NCBI GenBank assembly: GCA_964016885.1
Contig: OZ024754.1
Span: forward strand, 5,022,001 to 5,086,000
Reading direction: 5' to 3'
From: Eledone cirrhosa
Lineage: Eukaryota
DNA: 64,000 nucleotides
Part shown: positions 41,086-54,899 of the stretch, piece after piece
How the letters are laid out: the number at the start of each line of letters is the position of its first letter
Numbering within the stretch: the first letter of the stretch is position 1
Made by a program: the position numbers and the translations under genes
The notes under the pieces: model-generated
Database searches by the model: none
What the model was told of the DNA's origin: nothing
The model's input: the letters and a program-made list of their open reading frames with translations, nothing else

Positions 41086-42210
41086 TACGCACATGCTCAT
41101 ACATATCTATAAGTTCATGCATGAATACTAACATACCTATACACTCATACACATACATACACACACATACACTCATACACATACACACACACACACATAC
41201 ACTCATACACACACTCATACACATACACACATACACACACACACATACACTCATACACATACACACATACACACACACACATACACTCAAGCATACACAC
41301 ATACACTAACACACACACACTTTGTGTTTCAATCATATTTTCATTTTTCTTATTGTCTCTCTATCTCACCCCCCCCCCCCTCCCACAATCTACTTTACTC
41401 TCTCTCCATCTCTCCCCCTCTCTCTCTCTCTTTATCTCTCTATTTCTCTATCTTTCTCTGTATCTCAATTCCACTGCCGCTCTCTCTCTCTCTTTCTCTC
41501 TTTCTCTCTTTCTCTTTCTCTGCCTCTCTCTCTCTCTCTCTCTCTTGTGTCTACACCATCATCACCACCACTGCTTCCACCACCACCACCACCACCACCA
41601 CTGTAATCTCATAGTTCATTATATTGTCCAAGACAAGATTTAGATAGTGGAGGGTGGGGTGCAGGGATGGTTGGAGATTGGTCTGGTGTGGTGTGGTGTA
41701 GTATAGTGTGGAATGGTGTGGTGTGGTGTAGTATAGTGTGGTGTGGTGTGGTGTGGTGTGGTGTGGTATGGTGTGGAGTGGAACAAGAGGAAAGTGTATA
41801 TTTTTAAGGGATTTAATAAGAATATATGAAGATATCTGGAGGTGCTGTAGTGGAGTGGTGGTGGTGTAGTGAGGTGGTGGAGGTTGGTGATGTGATAAAA
41901 ACAAATATAGGGAAAAATAATAAAAATAATCTTAACATTATCTCTCTTTTATTATTAGAAGAATCTTTCTATCCAAATCTACAGTTGTTCTTAAAACCTT
42001 GTCTCTTTGGTTTATACAAGTCTTTTCTCTCTCTCTCTCTCTCTCTCCGCTGCCCCCTCATTCTCCCTTTCTCCCCCTCCCTCATTCTCCTTCTCTCCCC
42101 TCCTTCATTCTCCTTCTCTCCCCTCCCTCATTCTCCTTCTCTCCTCTTCCCTCATTCTCCTCTTTCTCTCCTTTCCTTCTCTTCCCTCCTCTCTTCTGCC
42201 CTCATTCCCT

Positions 42211-42430
42211 GAGTCTTTCATATAACCATACTCTACCACCCCAAGTATCGAGTACTCGGGACCCCGATGGCTGAGCTCTTGCCGTTTCCACAGCTAGTTC
42301 CAGACCAGGTCTGGAACTAGCTGTGGAAACAGCAAGAGCTCATCCATTGGGGTCCCGAGTCTTTCATATAACCATACTCTACCACACCAAGTATCGAGTA
42401 CTCTGGTGAGTAATAGTCTAACTGGTTTCT
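42211..42430. mobile_element. Family P relic: 53-bp-arm fold-back flanked by a 47-bp direct repeat
   Basis: Arms 42254-42306 and 42308-42360 (1-nt centre, 3 mismatches); direct repeat 42211-42257 / 42357-42403. Confidence 0.8.
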
Positions 42431-42520
42431 AAATGAATCCATTCTGGTTTATATATATCATCATCATCATCGTTTAACATCTATCTTCCACGCTAGCATG
42501 GGTTAGACAATATATATATA

Positions 42521-42841
42521 CCGTATGTCCTGGCATTGAAGACGCTACTTAAAATAAGTCTCAAAAATCTACCATGCGTACTGGAGGCCGAAGGTTGTTT
42601 ATTGTGGATTGGCAGTATCGGTAGAGGGTCGGATGCCATGCCAGTTCAAATCCCGCTGAGGTTAACTTTGCCTTTCATCCTTACGGCGTCGATAAAATAA
42701 AGTACCAGTAATGCACTGGGATAATTGCTGGCCTTGTGCCTAAAGTAGAAACAATTATTTTTTTTTTCAAATTTTTGGTTGTCAAAATTAGGGTGCATAC
42801 TCGAGGATGAAGGGAAGCATCTTTGGCGCCAGGAAATACAG
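42521..42841. mobile_element. TA-flanked pogo/Tc1-type MITE interrupted by a family A SINE (about 42605-42760)
   Basis: TA|CCGTATGTCCTGGCATTGAAGACGC ... GCATCTTTGGCGCCAGGAAATACAG|TA, imperfect 25-bp TIRs. Confidence 0.65.
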
Positions 42842-43058
42842 TATATATCATCATCATATATATATATATATAGGTAACATTCTGTCATAACAAATACCAT
42901 TATAACGAATTTTTCAGTATAACAATATTTTTTACAATCCCCGACCACACTCAATGTGTTAGGTCGATCTCGTTATAAAGAAATTTTCGTTACGACGACT
43001 TTTTTTTTGTACCCTTAAATTTAGTTTTTACGGAATTTCACTGTATATATATAAATAC

Positions 43059-43110
<52 letters not shown>

Positions 43111-43232
43111 GCATATATATATACATATATATATAGATAGATATAAGTTTATTTCGGGTTCAATCGGGGGTAACCACAGTAAGTAAGGTATACTCAATAC
43201 AAAGCAGAGTATAAATATTTAACATAGAAAAG

Positions 43233-43281
43233 GCTTCTACAGCACTAGAACTGTTTCATTCGGGAGAAATCATCAAGAAGC
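43233..43281 (-). ncRNA. Mirror hammerhead copy on the opposite strand (core TTGATGA, C3U variant)
   Basis: Minus strand GCTTC-TTGATGA-TTTCTCCCGAAT-GAAACAG-TTCTAGTG-CTGTA-GAAGC. Confidence 0.6.
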
Positions 43282-43328
43282 TTCCTGATGATTTCTCCCG
43301 AATGAAACAGTTCTAGTCCTGTAGAAGC
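43280..43328 (+). ncRNA. Minimal type-I hammerhead ribozyme, intact core
   Basis: GCTTC-CTGATGA-T-TTC-TCCC-GAA-T-GAAA-CAG-TTCTAGTC-CTG-TA^GAAGC: stem I 5 bp, stem II 3 bp, stem III ACAG/CTGT, GUA triplet, predicted cut after 43323. Confidence 0.75.
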
Positions 43329-43352
43329 CTTTTCTATATTAAATAATTATAT

Positions 43353-43513
43353 GATGGGCTTCTGTAGTATCCTTCTACCAAATTTCACTGACAAGGCATT
43401 GGTGAAACGAAGGTTATGGTAGAAGACACTTGGCTAATGGGTAGTGCTGTGAGACTAGACAGAACCCAGAACCATGTGGTTCCTAAATGAAGTTTTTTAC
43501 CACACAGCCATGT
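43353..43513 (-). mobile_element. Degraded tRNA-derived SINE (family E)
   Basis: GATGGGCTTCT...CTACCAAAT..ACAAGGC..GTAGAAGACACTTG...GAACCATGTGGTT...ACCACACAGCCA; a related plus-strand copy lies at 61490-61790. Confidence 0.55.
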
Positions 43514-44379
43514 CTGTTCTGTGGCTGTATTGGTATAGCTACTACTACTACTACTCTCTGTCCCCTACAACTATATCTGCTTCCCTAGTTTTCTTTCTGT
43601 TTCAAGAAATTCCCACCCTTCCCATTTTTCTCTCTGTCTACATCACCCAGTTTAATATCACCAACAACAGCACCACCACCACCTCCATCTGGCACCCCTT
43701 GGGTGCCTTTAGTAGATCAGCCCACTCTGTTGCAGATATTTGGGCCAGGTCTTCTGGTTTTAAGATATCTCACTCCATGTCTCCCACCAACCTCTTGTGG
43801 TGTGATAGGCGGGGAGGGCCGGCTGAGGAGGAGGGGGTCATTAAATGGGGGATCAATGGGCACTGTGTTTCCTATAGCAGCCATCTTCTCTCTCTATCCC
43901 CCACACCCTCCCCCCTCTCTCTCTCTATATATATATATTCCTCTTTGTGCCTCTACCTCTATTTAGTACAGTGGCTAACTTTTCCCCCTCATCTCTCCCC
44001 CTCTCTCTCTCTCATTGTCCCAAGCACTATGTCTGATATAGTGGCTATCTTCTACTTCTCTTTCCACCAGGGTAGAGGTGAGGGTGATTGTGGTGGTGGT
44101 GGTGGTGGTGGTGGTGAGACTCCCTAGCAGTGTTCATTTCTCTTTGCTATATAGCTTCTCATTTCTCTCTCCTTCCAATACAGTTTCTTTTACTCTCTTT
44201 CAATGTCCATAACAGTATCCTTTCTCTCTCTCTCTCTCTCTCTCAAATACTGTCTTTCCACCTCTCTCTTTCTCTGTCCATAGCTGTGTATCTTCCTATC
44301 TTTTCCTCTCTCTCTTTAGGATAGTGTTTTTCACTTTCTTTCTCTGTCCATTACAGTCTCTCACTCTCCCTTTCTCTCT

Positions 44380-44973
44380 CCAGCCAAACTGTTGAGTGAG
44401 CACAGGAATTAGGGAGGGAGGGAGGGCTACAGGACATGGAAGAGAGAGGGAGAGAGAGATGGTGGGAGGGAGGTTCTTTCTCCAGCCAAACTGTTGAGTG
44501 AGAGTAGGGGGAGAATGCTACAGGACATGGAAGAGAGAGAGAGAGGGAGGAATTGGTGGTGGGAGAGAGAGGCTTGCTCTCTCTCTCTCTCTCCAGCCAA
44601 ACTGTTGAGTGAGCACAGTAGATAGGGAGGGAGGGAGGGTTACAGGACATGGAAGAGAGAGGGAGAGAGGGCTACAGGACATGAGAGAGAGAGAGAGAGG
44701 GGGGAGGGCTACAGGACATTGAAGAGAGAGGGTAGGAGAGAGGGCTACAGGACATGGGAGAGAGGGGGAGGGCTACAGGACATTGAAAAGAGAGAGAGAG
44801 AGAGAGGGCTACAGGACATGAGAGAGAGGGGGAGGGCTACAGGACATTGAAAAGAGAAAGAGAGGGCTACAGGACATGAGAGAGAGGGAGAGGGCTACAG
44901 GACATTGAAAAGAGAGAGAGAGAGAGAGAGGGCTACAGGACATGAGAGAGAGGGGGAGGGCTACAGGACATTG

Positions 44974-45002
<29 letters not shown>
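44380..45002. repeat. GA-rich minisatellite with GGGCTACAGGACAT anchor
   Basis: More than 10 anchors; three copies of CTCCAGCCAAACTGTTGAGTGAG in the 5' part. Confidence 0.85.
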
Positions 45003-45005
<3 letters not shown>

Positions 45006-45531
45006 TTGGTGGTGGGAGAGAGGCAGCAGTTTTTGTGCTGATGTGTGGGCAAAAGTTATTTGTGTCAGTACTGTGTTGATTTGTGACCTAGAATGTTGTG
45101 GTCCTGTTGAACTGCAGTAAGTACCACTACCACCACCACCACCACCACCACCACTACCACCACCACCACCACCACCACCACTACCACCACCACCAACACT
45201 AACATCACCACCACCAACACTAACATCACCACCACCAACACTAACATCACCACCACCAACACTAACACCACCACCACCACTACCACCACCACCAACACTA
45301 CCACCACCACCACCACCACCACTACCACCACCACCAACACTAACACCATTACTGCTGCTACTATTACTACTACTACTACTACTACTGTTAACAACACTAA
45401 TACAACCATTAACAGATGTGGTAAACTTAACAAGAGCCTGCAGAATGCTCAGCTAGTCATTTTTTTTTTATATATTGGGTGGATGTATATGTAGATATAT
45501 ATGTGACTGCATATCTTATATATATGTATGC

Positions 45532-45599
<68 letters not shown>

Positions 45600-45688
45600 G
45601 CACATATATACATATATCAAAGATAAATAGTCACACACACAAACAGAAATATACCCAGAAAAATATATAATGCATATATATATATATG

Positions 45689-46090
45689 CATTATATATTT
45701 ATGTGGGTATATTTCTGTTTATATATATGTGTATATATATATACATTATATATTTATGTGGGTATATTTCTGTTTATATATATAATGTGTATATATATAT
45801 ACATTATATATTTATGTGGGTATATTTCTGTTTATATATATAATGTGTATATATATATACATTATATATTTATGTGGGTATATTTCTGTTTATATATATA
45901 ATGTGTATATATATATACATTATATATTTATGTGGGTATATTTCTGTTTATATATATAATGTGTATATATATATACATTATATATTTATGTGGGTATATT
46001 TCTGTTTATATATATAATGTGTATATATATATACATTATATATTTATGTGGGTATATTTCTGTTTATATATATAATGTATATATATATAT
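45689..46090. repeat. About 58-bp AT-rich tandem repeat, 7 copies
   Basis: CATTATATATTTATGTGGGTATATTTCTGTTTATATATATAATGTG-(TA)n. Confidence 0.9.
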
Positions 46091-46149
46091 ATATGCATAG
46101 TGTGGCAGACAGTATGGAAGAAATGGAAAAATTTACTAAGATACCCTGC

Positions 46150-46195
<46 letters not shown>

Positions 46196-46598
46196 TAGCA
46201 GACTATAGAATGTTCCAGTCCCCCCACCCCCTGGAGCTGTAGACAGTACCCCCTACCCAACATCAGCCCCTAATATATTACATCTAAACACAGCACACTT
46301 TTCACCAGTTATTATTTTACCCTTTACCAACATAGCAACCCCAAACACCCTGATAATACCCCCCCCCCCCACCCATCCATCCTCTCTTCTCTCTTAGTCA
46401 GTCACTGCTGTTATTTAGCTGGATGGGTAAGAGGTGCTAGTGGTGATGGTGGCTAAAGTAGTGGTGGTGGTAGTAGTAGTTGTAGTAGTTGTAGTGGTGG
46501 TAGTAGTAGGTTTTTAGTCTACACTGTATGACTATTTCTCTGCCAGCTTGGACCATAAACGAAACAGATAGTTGGACATCCACAGATATATATATTTC

Positions 46599-46783
46599 AT
46601 TTGGCAGTATCAGTAGAGGGTTGGACACCATGCTTTGATGCATATAATTATGGCCCTTGCCATTCTGAGTTCAAGTCCCGCCGAGGTTAACTTTGCCTTT
46701 CATCCTTACAGGGTCGATAAAATAAAGTACCAGTAATACACTGGAATAATTTGTTGGCCTTGTGCCAAAGTTAGAAACAATTG
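46599..46783 (+). mobile_element. SINE family A
   Basis: Head, B-box, core and tail present. Confidence 0.85.
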
Positions 46784-48061
46784 TTTACACACTGTGTATA
46801 ATAAAGTGAAGTTTGGTGCATAGTTTCTTTCTTATCTTCCTTAGGCAACATGTAATGTGGCCTACTGGTTAGATAGAGGGTTGGTCTCTTATTATGCTCC
46901 ATAATGTCATGAGTTCAACTCTCCAACCAGGAGATGTGTTGTGTTCTTGAGCAAGGCATTTCATTTCACATTTCAGGTTTTGTGTACAGGCGAAATAAAA
47001 AAGTCTTGTCCTCTCTCACCAGAGCCTATGAGAGAGGGTGCCCAGCTAGTACATTGTTCTGTGGCCCAAGAACTACGAAGGCCCCACAGCAACCATGCAT
47101 CGTCCATTTTGAGAAAAATCCTTGCCTACTTCAGACCCCAAAGGGGTCTTGTACTGCCTTGCAAAATTTCTCTTGGAGGCCCTGTCTTTCGCTAATGAAA
47201 CCAGGATAAATATTGCCCTGTTGAACTTCAGGACTTGGGACACTCTATCTTAGAGCAAGCATGTAAAAACATCTCTCAGGGTTTTCATAGCTTGGTTTAA
47301 AATTTCAAGAAATTTTGAAGTTGTACATATTTTGGCAAAATGGCTTAATTTGAGTTGAATATGAGTTGAAACTAAAGTGTTATTTTAGCCATTCTAAAAC
47401 GGAAAAGAACTATATTATTCTCTCTACATCTACAATCAAAGCAAATCCGTCAATATGTGACTGGTACTATAATATTTCAGTAAGTCAGAAAAGACAAAAA
47501 CCAACACTTTCAATTATTGCCTTTGATCAAATAAACAGCCCCTCCCTTCTTGCTTCCCTTTTTACCTCTCTCTCTCTCTCACTCTCTATCTATCTTTCTC
47601 TCTCTATCTATCTTTCTATCTCACTCTCTATCTATCTCTCTCTCTTTCTGCAGCTTTTGTGGCCTTCATTTTCCCTGATCAAATATACTGATCCAACCCA
47701 TCTCCACCCTATCACCCCTACCTATTTCTCTTTCACTTCAGCTTTTGTGGCCTTCAATAATTCCTTCTGATGAAATAACCCCTTCTCCTACAACCCCCTC
47801 TCTATCATACTCTCTCGTCCTCTCTCCCCCTCACACCCCCATCTCTCACCCACTCTCTCTCTCTCTCGCCCTCTCCCTCCCACACTCCCCCCCTCTCTGT
47901 TGTTGTTGTTGTTGTTGGTCAAATAATTAGACCTTTTATTTCTACTAGTGTTTAAGTATGTGTTAATAGCTGTCATTATTGGCCGACAGTTATTAATTGT
48001 CTTCAAATACTGTTATTATTCGGCAGCAGATCACTGATCTACATTAACCCTCCCCCTCTTT

Positions 48062-48095
<34 letters not shown>

Positions 48096-48216
48096 CTCTC
48101 CCTCCATGTATCTATGTTTTTTTCTATCTATCCATCTATCTATCCATCTATATATATATATATATATATATCTTCCTCTCTCTCTCTATATATATATATC
48201 TATATCTATATATATA

Positions 48217-48559
48217 TCATCATTCATCATCATTTCATTTTACGTCCGCTTTTCCCTGCTTGCCAGGGTGGGACGGGAACTGATTCTGGCTTGATTTCTA
48301 CAGCTGGATGCCCTTCCTAACACCAACCTCATTTACAGTGAGTGCTGGGTGCTTTTTTGCCGTGGCACCTCCACGACCACTTTGCAGTGGAATGATAGGG
48401 ACCCCAGTCCCTATCATCTCATTTCTACAGCTGAGTAAACTGGAGCAATGTGAAATAAAGTGTCTTGCTCAAGGAAACAACACATCACCCGGTCTGAGAA
48501 TTGAACTCACAACCTTTCGATTGCAAGGCCAATGCTCTAACCACTAAGCCATGTGCCTC
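48217..48559 (-). mobile_element. Full-length SINE family B
   Basis: Same structure as 40001-40342; inserted in (TA)n. Confidence 0.9.
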
Positions 48560-48777
48560 CTATATATATATATGACAACTTGAAATCTCATCTGCCTTGT
48601 TCCAGTTCTTTCAGTTCTGAGTTCAAATCCCACTAAAATTAACTCAGCCTTTCTAAATCTCAAAGACATTTCTAGGCTTGATAAAACCAATTATAGACAC
48701 CCCTATACCTGTCTCATTTTCCCCATTTTATGCTGTAAGACATCTTGTTCGACGCTCTACCAACCCACCAAAATTAA

Positions 48778-48990
48778 TAATAATAATAATAATTGTTTCT
48801 ACTTTTGGCACAAGGCCAGCAATTGTCCCAGTACATTACTGGTACTTTATTTTAACGACCTCCGTAAAGATGAAAAGCAAAGTTAACCTTGGCAGGATTT
48901 GAACATAAAGGGTTGTCACTCTATGCCACAAAACAGTGTCTGACACTAACTATACTAACTAACCTCGGCGGGATTTGAACTCAGATCATA
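48778..48990 (-). mobile_element. SINE family A, minus strand, partly duplicated
   Basis: GTTTCTACTTTTGGCACAAGGCCAGC...GGATTTGAAC; second B-box fragment near 48961. Confidence 0.75.
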
Positions 48991-49442
48991 AAACATGGTG
49001 CCTGACAATCTCACAATACCACCAATAGTAATTATACTAATTAGACTTTATGATCAAGAAATGTCTTATCCATTCTGAGAGTCATAACATCAACTAAATA
49101 TTGGTCACATGTGGGAGAAATATTTCTTATAAATCTTAGATAAAAATAGACGGGGGGGGGGGGGGGGGGGCTTGACCTTCATAATATTTCTCAAGGTCAT
49201 TTAGTTATCTCTAACAGAAGTTAATTAGTTTAAACTGAGAAAGGAACATTAGTTAGGCTTCAAGTATAATTAACAAAAATATTTCTAATTGGGTTTCCTT
49301 CTTAATGTCTTAAGTAGAAATGAGAGTTTCCCTTGGACCTGAGCTTATTGGTAACTTAAGAAGTGTTAACGTCTACACATACACACGTAGGGTGTATATG
49401 TGGGTGTGTGTGTGTGTGTATTTATATATGTGTACGTGTATT

Positions 49443-49477
<35 letters not shown>

Positions 49478-50399
49478 ATTTATATATATATGTGTGTGTA
49501 TTTATATATATATGTGTGTGTGTGTGTGTATTTATATATATATATGTGTGTGTGTGTGTATTTATATGTGTGTGTGTGTGTATTTATATATATGTGTGTG
49601 TGTATGTGTGTATTTATTTATATATATATATATTTGTGTGTGTTTATATATATATATATGTGTGTTTGTGTGTGTATATTTATATATATATATATGTGTG
49701 TGTGTGTATTTATTTATATATATATACACACACACATAAATGACTTGGTTAGCTACTTCTAAATATTCAGTTACCCTGCTTTTTACATTCTGTCTGTCTA
49801 TGAGTGTGTGTGTGTGTCTATGAGTGTGTGTGTGTATGTGTGTGTGTGTGTCTATATGTATATAAAAATGTCCCCCCATTCTGGCATCTTACCCAGTTCC
49901 ATCACACATGGGCTTCTTGCGCTCTTTCTCTCTCACTTTTTTTCTGTGTATTTTCTCTCATGTGGATATATCAACGTAAGGAATGCAACTTTGTCTACTG
50001 CAAAGGCTCTGATATCAAGTGACCAAACATATCTATATAAGGGTTTAGTTCAGGTCTGTGACTTCTGATCCGCCTGCCATTCTTTCTACCTATCCACTCC
50101 ACTCCACTCTTCTCACTCCACTCTCACTCCACTCTCACTCCGCTCTTCTCCACTCCACACTACTCCACGCAACTCTTCTCCACTCCATGCCACTCTCACT
50201 CTACTCCGCTCTCACTCTACTCCGCTCCACTCTCACTCTCACTCCACTCAAACTCCCCACCCTCACTGCACAACACTATATATCACTCCACGCCCACCAC
50301 GACCTGCTCGGCCCGCAACATACGAAAATACCCTGCTAGTATGCATGTATGTATGTTTATATATATATATATATATATGTTTATATGTATACATATATA

Positions 50400-50471
<72 letters not shown>

Positions 50472-50503
50472 TATGTTTGCATGTATGTATGTTTATATAT
50501 GTT

Positions 50504-50546
<43 letters not shown>

Positions 50547-50714
50547 GTATATTTATGTTTGCATATATGTATGTTTATATCTATGCTTATATATGTGTGT
50601 ATATGCCTTTCATAATTTCTAACACCTATGAGGAAAGTATCATGCACACACACACACACACACGTATATATTTATATATATATATATATACACACACACA
50701 TGAAAGTACAAAAA

Positions 50715-50779
<65 letters not shown>

Positions 50780-51589
50780 CTAAATAAATAAGAATGAAAA
50801 GAAAGAAGCAATATTACTGGCACTGTTCCAAAACATCCTCTCACCCCCACCCTCTCCTCTTCTACCTCTCTCTCACTCTCTTTCTTTCTTCACTTCATTA
50901 TTATTCCTATTTTTATTATTATTATTATACCAGTAGTCCATTTATAATGATCATTACATACAACCCTCCCCCCACCTCCACCCATTCTCTTCTCCATCCT
51001 CCTCCCCCCTCCTCTTCACTGTCATTTTACTATTTTTATTTTGCTTGTCATTTCAAGTAGCCAACCATTTGTGAATGTTTATATACACACACACACACAT
51101 ATATATATATATATGTGTGTGTGTGTATATGTAAGTATATGTGTATAAATATAAGTATGTATATACATACATACATACATATATATATATGTACGTATGG
51201 GTTTACCGAACATTTATTATAATGTTCGGTTTGTTTGTAAACAAACAGCCCAAATTAAGCCGTACAGTGTTCGGCAACCATCATTGCCCTTTTGTTCAAC
51301 ACTGGCACAGGAACGATGTACTAGTTTCTAGCTTATAAGCTGTCATCAGCACCGTATACCTTCCTGTCAGTCGATTGAACATTTGAAAGTATATACTTTC
51401 CTTATGCATATTAACGGCCGAGGAGCCTAATTTGCATATCGAGTGAGTTAGTCGACCGGGCATACATATATATATATATATGGATTTTTGTATATATGTG
51501 TGTGTTTATATATATATAACAATTAAGCATATATTTATATGTATGTATATGAGTTTATGTACGTGTGTTTATATATATGTATACACACA

Positions 51590-51667
51590 CAGGGTGTCCC
51601 CCAAAAATATATACACACTTTAATACCATTCTAATCAAAGTCTGCATACATTTTTTGTGACACCATG
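51590..51667. mobile_element. 78-bp Tc1/mariner-type MITE
   Basis: CAGGGTGTCCCCCAAAAAT...ATTTTTTGTGACACCATG|TA; related half-copy at about 40435-40478. Confidence 0.65.
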
Positions 51668-52149
51668 TATATATGTACATATATATATATGTGTGCATTG
51701 GCCATACTTGATAACGAGGAGGCAGCCATCATATATATATATATACACACACCTACACATCCTTATAGGTGTTCTGTCGTTTTAGGTTTTGTTAATATGA
51801 ATCTTGCCCCCTTTCCCCCTTCCCTGCTCTTTTATTTTATTTTTACACAGCTTTCTCATCTCAATGTTACCGTGCTCCCTCTGGAACTCGAGTTAAGATC
51901 TTGGGTCTCAGGATGTTGTGTTATATATGTTGGTAAAAATGTATTTATAGATGACAGTTAATGCCAGTTACTAAATGATTATTAGCATTCAAGCTGTATA
52001 TATATTGAAGGTATATATAGGGAATAATTGAAGGTACCCTTTTATGTGTGTTGTATTGAAGCAAATAACTATGTATGTGTATACCCTGTGAGTTTATTTA
52101 ACATTACCTATTGAGTACCCTGAGATGCAACCGGTCCTTGCAGTACTGA

Positions 52150-52331
52150 CTTGGTCTATGTAGACCTAACCCCACCTCAGTACTTGGTCTATGTAGACCT
52201 AACCCCACCTCAGTACTTGGTCTATGTAGACCTAACCCCACCTCAGTACTTGGTCTATGTAGACCTAACCCCACCTCAGTACTTGGTCTATGTAGACCTA
52301 ACCCCACCTCAGTACTTGGTCTATGTAGACC
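52150..52331. repeat. 33-bp tandem array, about 5.5 perfect copies, hairpin unit
   Basis: CTTGGTCTATGTAGACCTAACCCCACCTCAGTA; GGTCTA-TG-TAGACC palindrome. Confidence 0.95.
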
Positions 52332-54899
52332 AGTCCAAACCTTTCTAGTAGAGAAATCAGACATTAAAACAATGGAGAAGCTTTTGGTGGTGAAATGTTA
52401 TACGTTGTTGCGCGGCCACTGGTCAGTTATAACCACAATGTCTTGGAGCCTTTTACTTCGTTTTCTTCCCCCAGAATATATTACCCAATGTTGGGGAAGA
52501 TTCGACTGCTATTTCTAGCAGTTCAGCTAACCACATACAAACCCCTCATTGGCTTAAGTGTTTGTTGAAATAACAATAAACTGTCTGGCTGCATTAATTC
52601 CATTTTTGTTTCTACCCCACTCCCCACCCCACTATATACCCCCATTCCTACCACACTACCTACCCCACTATCCACCACACTACTTACCCCATTGTCCACC
52701 CCACTACTTACTCGAATACCTACCTCTCTATCCACTCCCTAATTACCTCACTACCCACCCCACCCCACTACACCTACCCACCCCACCCCACCCACTCCAC
52801 TACCCACCCAGCCCATCCTCCTCTGTTTTTGCTGGTCAGTTGTGACAGGGTTAACCTCTACACAAGTAGCAGTAGAAGCTGTCCTTCCCACACAAATAGC
52901 ATTTAATTATTGTTGTATATTTATTTACTTATTTCTATGGCAGCTATTGCATCACCCTGTACTTCACACCACCATCCCATCCCCACCATCCGAACGCCTC
53001 TGTCACTGCCACCCCACCACAACCACCACCACCATCACTGCCCTGCTGTCCTATCCGGGGTGGGTGAGTGTAAAAAAAGGAAAAGAATTTGCAGACCTTG
53101 GTGCAGTAGAAGAGGGATTTAGGACGTAGTGTGGTGTGTGGGTTAGGACGTAGTGTAGTGTGTGAGTTAAGATGTAGTGTGGTGTGGGTTAGGATGTAAT
53201 GTGGTGTGTGATTTAAGATGTAGTGTGGTGTGGGAGAGCAGTACTGTTAGTTGGGGTTATAACAAAACAGCAATTAACTCCATGGCAGAGATGATGGCTA
53301 TGTTGTTCACATGGAACCAATGGTTTAATATCTTCCATAGGCACCAACACTTAACAATGACGAAGATCCAAGAGAGAATAAAATCTTCATCAACTATGAT
53401 TAAGTGAATATTTCATGACATAAACCTGTCAACTGCCATCACCATCACCATCACCACCACCACAACCATCACCATTAGCACCATCACCATCACCATTAGC
53501 ACCATAACCATCATCACCACCACAACCATCACCATTAGCACCATCACCACCACCACTACCACTACCACCATCACCACCACCACTACCACCACCACAACCA
53601 TCACCATCACAACCATCACCATTAGCACCACCACCACAACCATCACCATTAGCACCATCACCACCACCACCACCACAACCATCACCATTATCACTATCAT
53701 TACATCACCACCATCACATTATCATTGTCACCTCTGCCACCATCACACCACCACCACCACCACCATCATATTATCATTGTCACCACTGCCACCATCTGCA
53801 TTCCCATCACTTTAACACCACCACCATCACCACTATCACTATCACCACCAACTCCACTTTATCATCATCATCATCATCATCTTCCTATCATCAAACCTTA
53901 TAATGTTTCTCTACACTGACTTTCAGTTTTGAGATGGGACATGTCAGCACAGCAAACCCCTAGAGACCTCTTTTTATATATACACCCCCTCTCTCCCTCC
54001 CTCCCACACTCCTCCCCCTCCCTGCCCTACCCCTTTCCTTCCTTCCCTATCCCCTCTGAAGTAAGCAGGCTAATGACATAATCATAGTTTTCCAGTAACA
54101 CACGTGGGGGTTTATTTGAGAAATTAACCCTTTTGTGACCATATTTCTATCAAAATACATTTATCCATATTCCATTACTGTATTACATGGTCCAGCCGAC
54201 AGGCATGTGGCCATGCTGGGGCACTGCCATATGTTTCAATTAATATTCAAAATATTCAGGTCGGGAACTTGCAAAGGGCCATACTAAAAGGTGGATAGAC
54301 TTTTAGTCATTTCACAAGACATAGAGGGATGTGGCATGTCCTATTTCATGAACTGGGGTAGCCTGTCATCATCATCATTGTCACCATCATCACCACCACC
54401 ACCACCATCATCATCATCAAATGAAAATATTGTATACAGTGCTCAGGTGCACTACAACTCATTAAAGTTGCATATATAGTACATAGCATAATGTTGCATT
54501 TGTTAGCCCTCTTTATGCACAATCTTCCATTAGTTAGCCAACTAAATGGTCAGTAAGATGTTATATCATTTAACCTTCTCAGTGGTCAGTCTTTATAGAG
54601 TTTGTCCTAACTTTGATTCATTAGTCCTGGTTATGTCCAGACAGTTTAATTTCTTGGCCTTGTTTCTGGTCAGCAAATATATCAATGGCTATTTCCTCTT
54701 CGCTCTGTCCATTGTTGTTGTTCTATCTTTGTGTCCACACAACAATAAACACTGCTTGGCAACAAGATGTTGGTGTATTTTAAAGTTGACACAAGTTGAC
54801 CAGTTCAAAATCCTACTACAGCTGTCACAATTGTGCTGAACAGTAGGTGCGTGTGTGTATGCATATAGGGTGGGGTTAACTGTTAACAGTAGTGTATTA

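Larger units (their letters stand above)
43216..43345. repeat. Zero-spacer 130-bp palindrome (65-bp arms, 3 mismatches)
   Basis: Centre AAG|CTT between 43280 and 43281. Confidence 0.95.

Noticed and set aside
48308-48547. Recurrent ORF MPFLTPTSFTVSAGCFFAVAPPRPLCSG... (also 31653, 40091, 63327)
   Set aside because: Antisense reading of SINE family B; it recurs because the repeat recurs.
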